A stretch of DNA of 53,185 nt, the filler included, from Diploschistes diacapsis (Eukaryota): NCBI GenBank assembly GCA_023645945.1. It is 4 parts of 4 records of this genome, joined end to end, with 100 filler letters (N's around TTAATTAATTAA, not from the genome) between each part and the next. Parts side by side here need not be neighbours in the genome. Positions count along the whole stretch, not along the records: positions 1 to 13,233 come from JALAIB010000677.1; positions 13,334 to 26,561 come from JALAIB010000678.1; 2 more parts are not named here. One strand, 5' to 3'. How positions within the stretch are numbered: the stretch's first letter is position 1; each line of letters opens with the position of its first letter. The notes beneath the pieces are model-generated. The model worked only from the letters and a program-made list of their open reading frames with translations, was not told where the DNA came from and ran no database searches. Below are positions 11,755 through 22,565 of this stretch, piece by piece. The translations under genes and the position numbers were made by a program.

Positions 11755-12681
11755 ATGCCCATCTACGCAGTCGCTCCCCGCAGGGGCATACACTATCACC
11801 CCTTCTCGCCCTTCTTGGGCTACCAGAACCAAGCATACGTTCCGCGCCCTTCACCCTCTATGGTACCCTCCCTGTTCCGCAGCCTAGAAGAGGACTTCAC
11901 ATCCATGGATAACCTCTTCAACAACCTTCTCACGCGACCCGCCATCCGCAGCTTCTCACCACGCTTCGACGTCCGTGAGGAGAAGGACGCCTTCCATCTC
12001 CACGGCGAGCTCCCCGGCGTTGACGCCCAGAATCTGCAAGTCGAGTTCGTCGACCGCAACACTATGGTGATTAGAGGCCGCACAGTCCATGAATCCCAGC
12101 GCGGCAACAACCCAGCCACTACCGGGCAGCAGCAGGGCACAATTACCCAAGATAAGGGCAAGCAAAAGGCCATCGATTCTGCCCCTGAGCAAGCCCCGGC
12201 TGCAGCAGATGCGATGGAGACCGAGCCCACAAGCCGTCCCTCAACCCCAGCCTCCACATCTTCCAGCTACCGCAAAGCCACCGTCGAGGAAGCGCCGGAC
12301 GCAGACAACGATTTCGTTGACGTCCAGGCCGAGACAGCAACCCCCGCTACCACCACGGAAGGCGCCAACAGATCAACCGCCACCACAACTGCAGCCGAAC
12401 CCCAGCAGCAGCCGGAGCAGCCGCAGGACCAGCAAGCTTCGTCAGCGGCGCAGGATACCATCATTCCATATGAATCCACGCACTCAACGAACCAGCCACA
12501 AAAAGAGCAGTCCGGCCACTACTGGGTTTCGGAGCGCAGCATCGGCGAGTTTAGCCGCAGTTTCCGCTTCCCCGGGCATGTGGATCAGGAGGGTGTTAGG
12601 GCTCATTTGAAGGATGGGGTGTTGAGCGTGGTGGTGCCGAAGTTGGTAAAAGCCGAGCCGAGAAGGATTAGGATTGAGTAA
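11755..12681 (+). CDS. HSP30: Small heat-shock protein (Hsp20/Hsp30 family)
   Basis: Alpha-crystallin motifs FSPRFDVREEKDAFHLHGELPG and YWVSERSIGEFSRSFRFPGHVDQEGVRAHLKDGVLSVVVPK, plus C-terminal I-x-I (IRIE). The start codon is uncertain (11755 or 11860). Confidence 0.9.
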   Translation: MPIYAVAPRRGIHYHPFSPFLGYQNQAYVPRPSPSMVPSLFRSLEEDFTSMDNLFNNLLTRPAIRSFSPRFDVREEKDAFHLHGELPGVDAQNLQVEFVDRNTMVIRGRTVHESQRGNNPATTGQQQGTITQDKGKQKAIDSAPEQAPAAADAMETEPTSRPSTPASTSSSYRKATVEEAPDADNDFVDVQAETATPATTTEGANRSTATTTAAEPQQQPEQPQDQQASSAAQDTIIPYESTHSTNQPQKEQSGHYWVSERSIGEFSRSFRFPGHVDQEGVRAHLKDGVLSVVVPKLVKAEPRRIRIE

Positions 12682-13233
12682 GGATTGGGTAGGGAGTTTG
12701 AGGGTTCCAGGAGTTATGGGTGATGGCATGGGATATCATAGCATAGCGTAGCATAGCACAGCAGGGAATAGCATAGTATAGGACACAAATCAAGACTTTA
12801 AGAATCAACAATAGCGCTGATAGAATCGCTCCGTAACATTCGAGAATATCATAATAAAAACTACATGACCTCCACCCAAGCAGCACGCACCCACCTTCAA
12901 CAACAGCACTCCACTCATCATCGCCCGTAGCGTAGATGCAGTTCCTGTATAGTTTTTGTTCTAGATCTAGTCTCCGATCCTCGGTGCCATCGCCGACGCC
13001 TCGGCTACTCCATCAAAGTACATCCCAGACAGACGAACTGAAACTTGGAGGGGCCTGGCTCGGGGATCCATCATAGGCTTACAGATAGTTGGCACGCGTC
13101 TGTGGTGATAACGTTGACTTGAGAGCCCGTACTTGGTCAACCTTTGGAGACTCGTCCTCTGCGCCCACAATAGGTGCTAGCCGTAGTAGTCTCGGCATCC
13201 CGTTGCGGATAACTGCTCGAAAAGGGGGGGGGG

Positions 13234-13333
13234 NNNNNNNNNNNNNNNNNNNNNNNNNNNNNNNNNNNNNNNNNNNNTTAATTAATTAANNNNNNNNNNN
13301 NNNNNNNNNNNNNNNNNNNNNNNNNNNNNNNNN
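13234..13333. other. Artificial contig linker (44 N + TTAATTAATTAA + 44 N)
   Basis: Stop codons in all six frames, flanked by equal N runs. Confidence 0.98.
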
Positions 13334-14133
13334 ATATAATACTTTAAAAATAATTATAAACGATAATATTTCGTTAATAATTAAAATATATTCGATCGTA
13401 GTTATTTACTTTTATTTTCCTTCAATAACTTTTTAATTCGAATTTATTCGACTCGAAACGGAAGCTGTAAAGAAAGAACTATTATTAATATTAAAATTTA
13501 ATTCGTTTATATTATAAATATCTTCGGGCGCGTATTATTTCTTATTATATTAAATTATTATTATATCGAACTACCGTTATATAACCTTGTAACTTACTAT
13601 ATTAAATTTATTCGACTCGATTTATCTCGTCAAAGTATTAGTAATTTTAAGAAATCGTTTGCGAAATCGCGATATTTAATATTTATCGATAAATTAAAGA
13701 TTCGCGATTATAATTTCTAAATTCGATCCGAATCGAATTCCTTCACGTCGAATTTCTTCGATGATATTTATTATTAACGTAAACGATATAAAAAAGCCGG
13801 TTTATATAAAACGTATAATTTATCGTATTAATACCTTTTTTTTAAATTTGGTAGGATTTAAATCGATTCGTGGCTATTAAAATTAAATTATTTTTTATTA
13901 AATCGATCTATAACGGTCGATCGAGAAACTTTAAATGCGCGAACGGCCGCTCGAATGCTGATATATAAATAAAAATTTAAAGCCTATAAATAATCATTAA
14001 TATCCGATTTTAATAATATCGAGTTATTTCGATACGAAGCGGTTATTATCAAGAAAAACCGAAAGAATGATGAATATCGCAATGTAAGGTGGCCGAGCTT
14101 TAGGGGTGGCCGAGCTGACCGTCAAACACGTTA
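13334..14133 (-). mobile_element. RIP-degraded Fot1/pogo-family DNA transposon (5' end; rest lost at the gap)
   Basis: Very AT- and TpA-rich. TA followed by a TIR-like ACGTGTTTGACGGTCAGCTCGGCCACCCCTAAAGCTCGGCCACC (14131-14088) with an internal direct repeat. Relic HTH-psq translation ISIRAAVRAFKVSRSTVIDRF at about 13960-13895. Confidence 0.85.
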
Positions 14134-14278
14134 TTAATATTATTTATTATTTAAGAGTTTTAAAATGATCTAATCTGCGCGTTCATTGAAGCTTTTATTG
14201 AGCGCGTAATGGCTTGATGAAATTCATGGGTCGTGTTTTGTTGTTTTCATACCCCACTACTTTTGGGACCCCACTGTA
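14134..14278 (-). mobile_element. Tc1/impala-like transposon terminus
   Basis: TA followed by CAGTGGGGTCCCAAAAGTAGTGGGGTA (14276 leftwards) resembles impala/Tc1-type TIR ends. AT-rich decayed interior. Confidence 0.6.
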
Positions 14279-14452
14279 TAGTGTAATAGGGAAACAATGC
14301 TTCGGGGTTCCTGAAAGCATTGTGTTCAGTCTTTTGGCTCAGTGGGATAGTTGCTACCTATTAGGCACTACCCCCGCTGTTACACATAGGAAACCTACAA
14401 ACTCGAGAACAGCTTGTCTTCATAGCAACCCCCAAGAGGAACCGAAGCCACA

Positions 14453-14921
14453 ATGCGCATCTCCCCCATCCTTACCTTCCTAACCGCCACCTCCGGCATC
14501 GCATCCGCTTACTAGTTGCAGTCCATCAGCCACCATCGCGACGATCTAGACCTCCTCGTGGCTTGCGCGGCTGAGGCTGGACCCATCCCTATAGTGTAAA
14601 GGGTTTCGCCAAAAGATTCTCACCGGCGGCTAGATTGGCACGAAGTCGGGCTTCGACAACATGCAGGATGTCAAAAACATAGGTAAGAGGTTCTCGAGCG
14701 AGTACAACGCCGGCAAGTCGTCCTCGTCCTCGTCCTCGTCCTCGTTGGGATCGAAGTATTATTCTAGCAGCGGAAAGAAATACAAGAAGGCCTTGCAACA
14801 GCGGGACTGTACAGACGCGAGGCGCTGGCGGAGATCTATGAGTTATTGGTCGCGAGAGATAGTCAGCTTTACTGGGAGTAAGAGGTACGCGGAGGTGGAT
14901 TTGTTTGCCTTTGCTGTCTGA
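14453..14921 (+). pseudogene. Disrupted small secreted peptide precursor
   Basis: Signal-peptide-like MRISPILTFLTATSGIASA and pro-region-like DDLDLLVACAAEAGP, with in-frame stops at 14513 and 14597. Ser/Lys-rich remnant with KR sites in another frame. Confidence 0.5.
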
Positions 14922-15779
14922 TCACATATCAGTGCGTCCCAAACGCATTGGTCTAATTGTTGGAATCGGGATTGTATATTATACCTTGAGCTGCGATTGA
15001 GTGTGACTTGGATGTTTGGATGTTTCGCAATACATTTCCTGTGGCAAGCTTAACGCCCAATCTTACACGATCGTTCAGATTAGACCAGCGCTGGCCTTCC
15101 TGATAAAACTTCCTAGCAGATATGCACGCAGGTGGGCTTACATTGTTACACCATTCGCCATAGTCTCTGAGACCCGGCTGGCGTGTGCTGAAAAGGTTAT
15201 CTTCAGCTGCATAAGCCGATAATCTACCGAGCTGAGCCTGACTTCGGTCTTGAGGATTGGCTACGCCGCGGAGCTGCTTTGAGCTGCTTCCTCTACAGGC
15301 CTGAACGCGGGCCTCAAGTATGTTTTACATTGCTGACCAGCGTACATGGGCCTCTCTGTCTATTGGGTCGTCGATGAATTAAACTGCCGGATCATTGTTT
15401 GCGATTTGTCAATGCCCGAGTGCTTTCGTTTCTTTGTAGGTCCCGCTCCCTAGGGTATCCACGGCCTTCATTGTAAGTATGCTTTTCGTTGATGAGTCTT
15501 CTGTCTTTGCATTACCTTGACGATGATAGAGTTGAACCTCCACTGCCTTAAAAGAGCCAGTATAACTGATAGAATGACTGGAGCCAAACAGAGTCGCTAA
15601 AATTACCAATCGGAGCTAGCCTATCCTGTCTCAGCCCTGTTTTATCTTATAGCACCCACTCAATAACAAATTCAGTACTGCAATTTCGCAAACATCAAAC
15701 TCGAAGCATAGAGCTGTCATCACTTTACCGCAACGCTAAGTTCGAGTCTTGACAGCCAAAGCTCTTCTTACTTCTCACG

Positions 15780-17039
15780 ATGTCTTATCAGAAGGGCGAG
15801 AAGGATTTCGGCGAGCAGCCTGTATGTATCTTACCCTTGTCCCAGTCTTGAAGATGAGACTTACTAATTGCGGTTCAATAGAAAGCTCATCGCATACGAA
15901 TTACCCTCACCAGTCGCAATGTCAAGTCTCTTGAGAAGGTCTGCTCCGAGCTGATCGAAAGGGCTCGGTCCAAAGACCTGCATGTAAAGGGGCCAGTCCG
16001 TCTTCCGGTACGAGATAACCCCTCTTGCTGCTCCGCAAAACATCGGAATCCGAGCGCGATAGGAAAGATGTAGGAAGTGTGCATGAGCCTTGGGCCTGCG
16101 AAGCGCAAAGCAGATGGCGCGCGGACTCTTGCTGCTTCCTGCTGAAAGCGTACTGCTGCGCCGACGTCTAGTACATCCATTGCAAGCACAGTGCAGAGAG
16201 CTCTAAAGAACGGATCTATTCGTGGAACCCAACCTCTCTTTTCAGCAAATGCCGCCTTTTTGCATCCTGAGCGCAGAAGTTTTGTTGCTCTTGCCTTTCC
16301 TTACATCTACTCATTTTCTTGGATGTTCCTCTGTGGACTATACAATGCTAACATTCGGTACAGACAAAGAGGCTCACCATCACGACTCGCAAGGCAAGTA
16401 TATTGTTCACTTCCCTAGAACATATCACTAGTCCGGCGAAATTCTCCGGCCACCAGTTCAAAGCTTTTCAGAAACGTCTAAGCGATCTGATTAACTTTGT
16501 TCTACTGGAAACAGTGACGCAGTCTCCTTTTATTTTACCACCCCTTCTTTCACCCTAGCTAACTAAGTCGGCAACCAGACACCGTGTGGTGAAGATAAGT
16601 TACCCTCCTCCTCCTCCTCCTCCTCCTCCTTCTTCTTCTTCCAAAGACCCGGATGTTGCAGTCCCACTTCTAGAGTTGAATCATTTAAGCTGACGTTAAC
16701 TGTACGCAGCAAAACGTGGGATACCTTCGAGCTTCGCATCCACAAAAGACTCATTGAGTATTCCCCCTCTCTTTTCTTTCTCACCCAGTGTCGCATGACC
16801 GAGATCCATGGAGTGAACCACGGGCTTCTTGAATCTGTGTTAAATGCATATTATGTGAGAGGCCCTTGGCTGAGTGTATGCTGACTGGCATGCTATCTAG
16901 TCTGCGCGCTCCAACGGAAGTTGTGAAGTCAATAATAGTCAATAGTAGGCTTCTTCCAATTGATTTAGCCATTTGCAGTCATGACTTACAGTTTTTAGTC
17001 GAAGCTGGGGTGGAGGTCGAGGTAACTATCGCGGCTTGA
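15780..17039 (+). CDS. RPS20: 40S ribosomal protein S20 (uS10), 6 introns including GC-AG and AT-AC
   Basis: Exons 15780-15821, 15882-16007, 16364-16393, 16579-16594, 16706-16757, 16901-16944 and 16999-17039 total 351 nt (116 aa): [19 protein letters not shown]...[40 protein letters not shown]...[10 protein letters not shown]. Confidence 0.95.
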
Positions 17040-18005
17040 TCACCTCTTTCGCTTGCCGAATGGTCACCACATGGTTGCGGAGTTTGAATGCAAGGCACAA
17101 ATGGGCCGAGATTTCATGTATGACCAGCTTGATTCAGAATGCTACCGAAAGATGCTTTAGATCGAAAGTCAATTAAATGTGCTCCCCAATGGGGACGTTA
17201 ATTATCATGAAACGAGTCCCTTTCTATTAGATACTGTCTCCTGAACCAGGATGTTGGGGCTGGAGGCATACAGATGTGTTGATGATGTGTCACATGTGAT
17301 AAGCCAGCCCAGAGAAACTCTGTCTACGAAGCAATGGGTAAATCGTATGCTACTAATGCAAACTAGGAAGAAGTCGATCCACTATCCTCATTCTATAAGC
17401 GCATCAGGCAATATGGTCTGGGATGGGAATTCTTCTCGCGTGCAACGGTAGGGAATTACGCAAGGTAGAAAGGATAAACAGCGACACCCTGATGGGCGCT
17501 GGGACTCGAGATCGGCTATTGCACACATGTGTTTTTATGAAGAAAAGAGAGACACCCCTAAGGTGAAGGGAATATGGTGTTAAAAAAAAGAGAATAGCTC
17601 ACACATCTCAGAAGGTTTGCACAGGGTCTCATGCTACCAGATGAGCTTTCTTGAGCGGCCAGCAAGGGGAACAAAAAGCAGAGCCTACTACTTGTTCTCG
17701 ATAACACTAAACTGAGAAATAAACCCTCTGTTTGCCACTTTCAGTGGTACGGTCAACATAGGCTAAGTCTGTTGGAAGTGGAACATCAGTGCACTTCAGG
17801 CCAGTCAAGTAACGGCCGAGGGGAACTTCACTTCAAGGATAACCAACGATAATTAGAATGCCAAGCGACTCTAAGGAATATAAAAAGGCTGACTGTGTTG
17901 GAGGGTGCCTACAACAATCCAGTGACGAGGTAGTGGGAAAGGTTAGTAGAAGAAAGGACCGCTATCTCCCGAAATCGGTTCATGTTGAACCTATAAAACA
18001 ACAGC

Positions 18006-19127
18006 CTACCCCTCAGAAAGCTTCATCAGTACCGCCGGGTATCTCTCTCACGCAACCTCATTATCCTCCACAATCCGATCAAACCTCGGAATTCCTCTTC
18101 ATCCAGCTCGATCTCCACCGCATTTTCTTTCACCCTTTCCGCTGTTGTCGCGCCCGGTATGGGAATGATCTACGGCATCTGCGGGCGTTTGGAAAGGCCC
18201 CTTACCCACGCCAACGCCAGTTGGGCCGGAGTACAGCCCTTCTGTGCCGCCACTTTCTCCAGCTCTCGCACTAGATAGCCCTAGCTTAATCTCAAAGTTA
18301 TCGGGATAGCCGCCGGCCCGATTCCGGGATATCGTTGAGAGATTTTGAATTGACTTAGCGAACACGCCCCGGCCAATCGGCGAATAACCGTTTTCGGGCA
18401 CCTTATTAGCGAGCGTCTCCTCTGCCGCCCGGAACCACCAGCACGATCCGAACGAAAAATCCAGAGCCCTCACGCATTGATCGGAATTCCCCAACTCATG
18501 GCACGCCTCCGCCACCCCATTCGTCAGCACCTGCCGACTGAACATCGACAGCTCCAACTCGACGGCCACAATCTTCGTGATAGCCGCTGCCTCGCGGATC
18601 GTCCTCGCACCGACCTCCGACAGCGCCACGCCGCCGATCTCGCCCTCGCGCACCATCTCCGCGAGCGTGCCCAGCGTCTCGCTTAGCGGCGTGTCCCGGT
18701 CGCGCCGCGCGCACTCGAACATGGCGATCCGGCAGGCGCCGTCTAGCTGACGCAGGCACCGCTCGACGCACTCGCGCATGTACGCCGCGCTGCGGTCCAC
18801 ACCGAAGTTCGGGCGCCCGCCGCTCTTGGATGTTCAGCACGATCTTGTCGGCGTCCGCCGGGTGCGCGGCGAAGTAGGACTCGAGCAAGCGTCAGCGAGT
18901 TGTGCTCGGGGGGGCCGTACATGTCGCCGCCATTCCAGAGGCAGTTAATGGCGATGGCGGCGCGCATGGCGGCGAAGGCTTGCTCTTCAGAAGGTGGGGT
19001 GGCGCGCCAGGTGAGGCCTGGGGCGCTCGGGTTAGTGCTGGGAGGGCTTGAGGAGACTGAAGGGTTCGGTTACCCATGAGGCCGTAGCCGGTTTTCCCAC
19101 CGGACGGCCCATGATGGTGGTTGCCAT
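18006..19127 (-). pseudogene. Aldo-keto reductase (pyridoxal reductase-like), disrupted
   Basis: GYGLMG, LWNGGDMYG, FECARRD, IGGVALSEV, YSPIGRG and IIPIPGATT motifs are spread over several frames. Frameshifts near 18890, 18828 and 18275, and an in-frame TAG at 18172-18170. Confidence 0.85.
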
Positions 19128-20072
19128 TTTGCTGGAGACTTCGACGTCGGCTAGCTTTATCTGATGATATGAGACTACGGCTTGTGATGGGTCTGGTAAG
19201 CGGATATGCCTTTCAAAAGTTCATTGTCATGAAAGAACGACGAGGATGGTTGAGATTGAAATATAAATCGTCCTCAAGTAAACCCGACTTACCCAAGCGG
19301 AACCTCTCCTAAGTCGGTCCATGTACGAAACAGCACAGCACAGCGCAGCGCAGCGCAGCGCAGCGCATCTACGTTGACACAAACGTTTTAAATTGGAATT
19401 GCCAGTGCAGACGCCCTCATGCCGCGATGTCCGTCCCGCACTTGCGCTCGAATATGTACGTCCCCTTTTCCCTTTTAAAGCCACATTTTCCGGATTCCGT
19501 CCAGATTTTGCTTAATTCCACCAATCCTCCCAAAGGCTGATATCTACATGCATGTATTATGTGCTTGCCTTCACTTGGGTGGGCCGTGAAATGCGGAGGA
19601 GTTGTATATACTTTGCTGTATATGGTTTTTGGTGCAGCATGTGTTCATAGTACAGGAGACTGGTTTGTTGATTGTCATGCCCTGAGTTGAACCGCAGTCC
19701 AAGCTACAATTGCCAATATGGTTCGCACCAATAAGGTACGGTACATATTGCAATTGCGGGCCGTAAGTTATTATGATTCTGACATCCCTGGGGCGTAACA
19801 CGGAGAATGAAATCTTGCCTCCTCAAAGGAGCCGGTGACGTCCATTTGGGTAAATACAGGAACCGGTACTCTGAGCGGCCCAACGTACGGTGGTCTGTTA
19901 AAGAACATGCTCATGATTAGCACTAGGGATTAGGAACTGCTGAGTCGAGTGATGACGAGCAGCCAGAGTTTAGATTCTTGTGGGAGATCTCTGACCAGTA
20001 CTCGGAATAGCCTAAACCTCCTAGATGGTTCCAATAGCTTGATATGTTCTTCATGTACCTAGATATCGAGAG

Positions 20073-21870
20073 CTAGAGATGAGTGCTATCTGCTAGCAAC
20101 AGCTTGAAAACGCGCATGGGTGACACTATCCCAGAGAGGCCTACCATTTCAGCAGCTCGTACCATTGTCTCTCGCCGAGCGTGAAGCATAGATACCCGCG
20201 TCTTTCGCCAGGTTGGAAAGTAACGGACACTGTGACGCTTCTCGTTCTCTGAACTTCCTTGGCACAGTATGCGTTCTCTTCGAGCGCCGACTTCTCGTGA
20301 GCTATTGTTATTTCTGCGACACGTGCTGTCCACTTTGAGTTCCAGATGCCCTCTTGACGGTTACATCCGTGCAGAGGCCGAGCGTTCGCTGTCGAATCCG
20401 ACCATCACTGCATCCCTGGCTAACCGTGTACAGGGTCGTGATGACGCCAATATCCCATGAGAACGTGGGAGTAACCCCTGATACGTTAATTCTGTCCCGA
20501 GTCTCGTCACTCTCTACTACGGTTGCTGCATAGTCTAGTATCTCGTCTAACCTTTTTGTCATGTTTGTCCAAGCCGGCAAGCCTTTCATTTCGTTCTTAA
20601 TAGCCATCACGTTAAGCTCGATTCCTCTTTGGTGTAGTCTCAGTAAAGCAAAGGCCCGCGAATGCGCTGCGGTCAAAGTATGCCTTTGACGTTGCTCGAG
20701 TTCATCTAGGGCTACGGACCACCGTCTTAGATGCTTTACGTACCTTTCTAGCACTAAGCTGGACTCAAAAGTTGTGGCATATGCCCCCATGTAGCTATAT
20801 GCGAAACGTTCTAGAGCCTCACGTGCCTCTGCTAAAGTAGAGAACCCTCGAGCTAAGTGCGGAATTGATGGTTGTAGGTCCCAACCTCCAGTCACCGTGG
20901 AACGAACGTTCGCTTCACCGATAAGCTGCGGTTCGATTGAAACCTGGGCTGCAAGGCTTACCTGCGCCATTTGAATGTCAAGCCTCAGGGAAAAGGCCAG
21001 TATTCTAGTAAACCAGGTATCCGACCTCTTCTTAGCCATTTTACTGCGCTGACATTCTCGGATGACCTGGCGTCCGTGGCGATATAGTTGGACGGCGTTA
21101 TCGTACTGACCCCGAAGGATCCGGGGCTAGCTAACAAGACTTTCAGCAACGACGTAGACCATTTACCTCGATCGAAATAAAGATCAAGCAAGACACTAGA
21201 TGGATAATGGAAGACTTCCGATCCTGGATGTCACTAAAGCGCAGAAGCTCCTTAATGGCGAGGTTATACTGGCCAACAGCGAAGCTTAGCTGCTTCTCCC
21301 CTATACTGTCTTGGCTGGTACCTAAAAGAAAATGCTCGTGAAAGGCCGAAAGGGCATACATTGCATGTCGAATGCTTGGTTCAGCGTCTGCTACTTGGAA
21401 GATTGCCTTATCCCATAGCTCTTCGGAAAAGAAACCAGTAAGCTGGGACAATGTCCTTTCCCGAAAAAATTGGAAAGAACGTTGTTCACTGCCAGTCTTG
21501 GCCACGGTCATACAGGGGAGTATATCTATCGTAGGCGTCGTCCTTTCTGAGGATGCTGATGGAGTCCCATATTCGTCGCACTTGCGGCAAGTCGAAGTAC
21601 CTGCGTGAATTTAGCCATGGCTCTAAAGAAGAAAGATGGTCCAAGTTTACACCGGACACATTCTGGCTTAGTCTCGTCGCAGCGAATTCTTCTGACTTGA
21701 ATACAAGATCATTTGTTAGCTCCTGAGAGATTAGTTAATCTCCCGGGACGACATACTTCTAGCACAGATCAGCAGCCATATAGCTAGAAAGTTAATGCAA
21801 CTACTGACTTGCATGTTCGGCACCCGATTATCACGTTTGGTGCCCTCACCCTTTTCCTTTGGCCAGGCTT
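20073..21870 (-). pseudogene. Zn2Cys6 transcription factor, frameshifted C-terminus
   Basis: Intron-split GCRTCK/RRIRCDETKPECVR/CRKCD cluster near 21850-21570 and middle region EQRSFQFFRERT...EPSIRHAM. The conserved RQEGIWNS and later segments need frameshifts near 20372 and 20255. Boundaries are approximate. Confidence 0.7.
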
Positions 21871-22565
21871 GACTCTTGTTATTGGTTGAAGCAACCTGTG
21901 TATGGTTAAGCTATTGATATGTCGCTAGCGGAGTTCCGCCACGTGTAATGCAAACAAGAGTACAACAAGCTTTTGGGGAAGTCTGCCTTTACCATCAAGT
22001 CTGTGAACCTCTCGGGGGCAAGGTCGGTTCTTAAAGCCCGTATCTTGGATCCCCTAGTCGTGAATAAACGCCATGTGGCTGTGAATAAGAACTGTGAAGT
22101 GCAAACGTTTAGCCCTATGCCCTTACGGAACAGCCAATGAGATCAGGGCATTTCCTTGACTAACTGGAAACGGCAATTCTGGACGATTTGAGGGGGTTTG
22201 GGTGGATTTCAGCTTCATCACTCATATTTTCAAAACTTTGCAGCCGAATTATGTTGCTTATTCAATGCGGTCAAAGTCTCAGAAGCCTCTTCGAATCCCG
22301 AAAGCTAGCTGAACTATATAGAGTTAACGTTCATTCTCGTAAGGACATAGGGCTTGATTAACATCTACATAGCACTCAAGCTGCTTGCGGCTGCTATGGT
22401 CTCCAAGATGTCGATATTGTATATATGGATCGAGAAAGTCCTCATGAGTAGATCTCTCATTGTGCTCGCATAGTCCGCTTTCATTGCAGTGCTTTCAATT
22501 ATCACTGATATTCTCCTCGTATTCCAGTAGCCCGAAAATACCCCCGATCACCTTGTACAGATAAG

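Noticed and set aside
12090..12515. Long low-complexity insertion splitting the alpha-crystallin domain
   Set aside because: This is a common feature of filamentous-fungal Hsp30-type proteins.
16595..16705. U12 (minor spliceosome) intron
   Set aside because: The donor is ATAAGT rather than ATATCCT, and the branch site is GCTGAC rather than TCCTTAAC, so the signals are U2-type.
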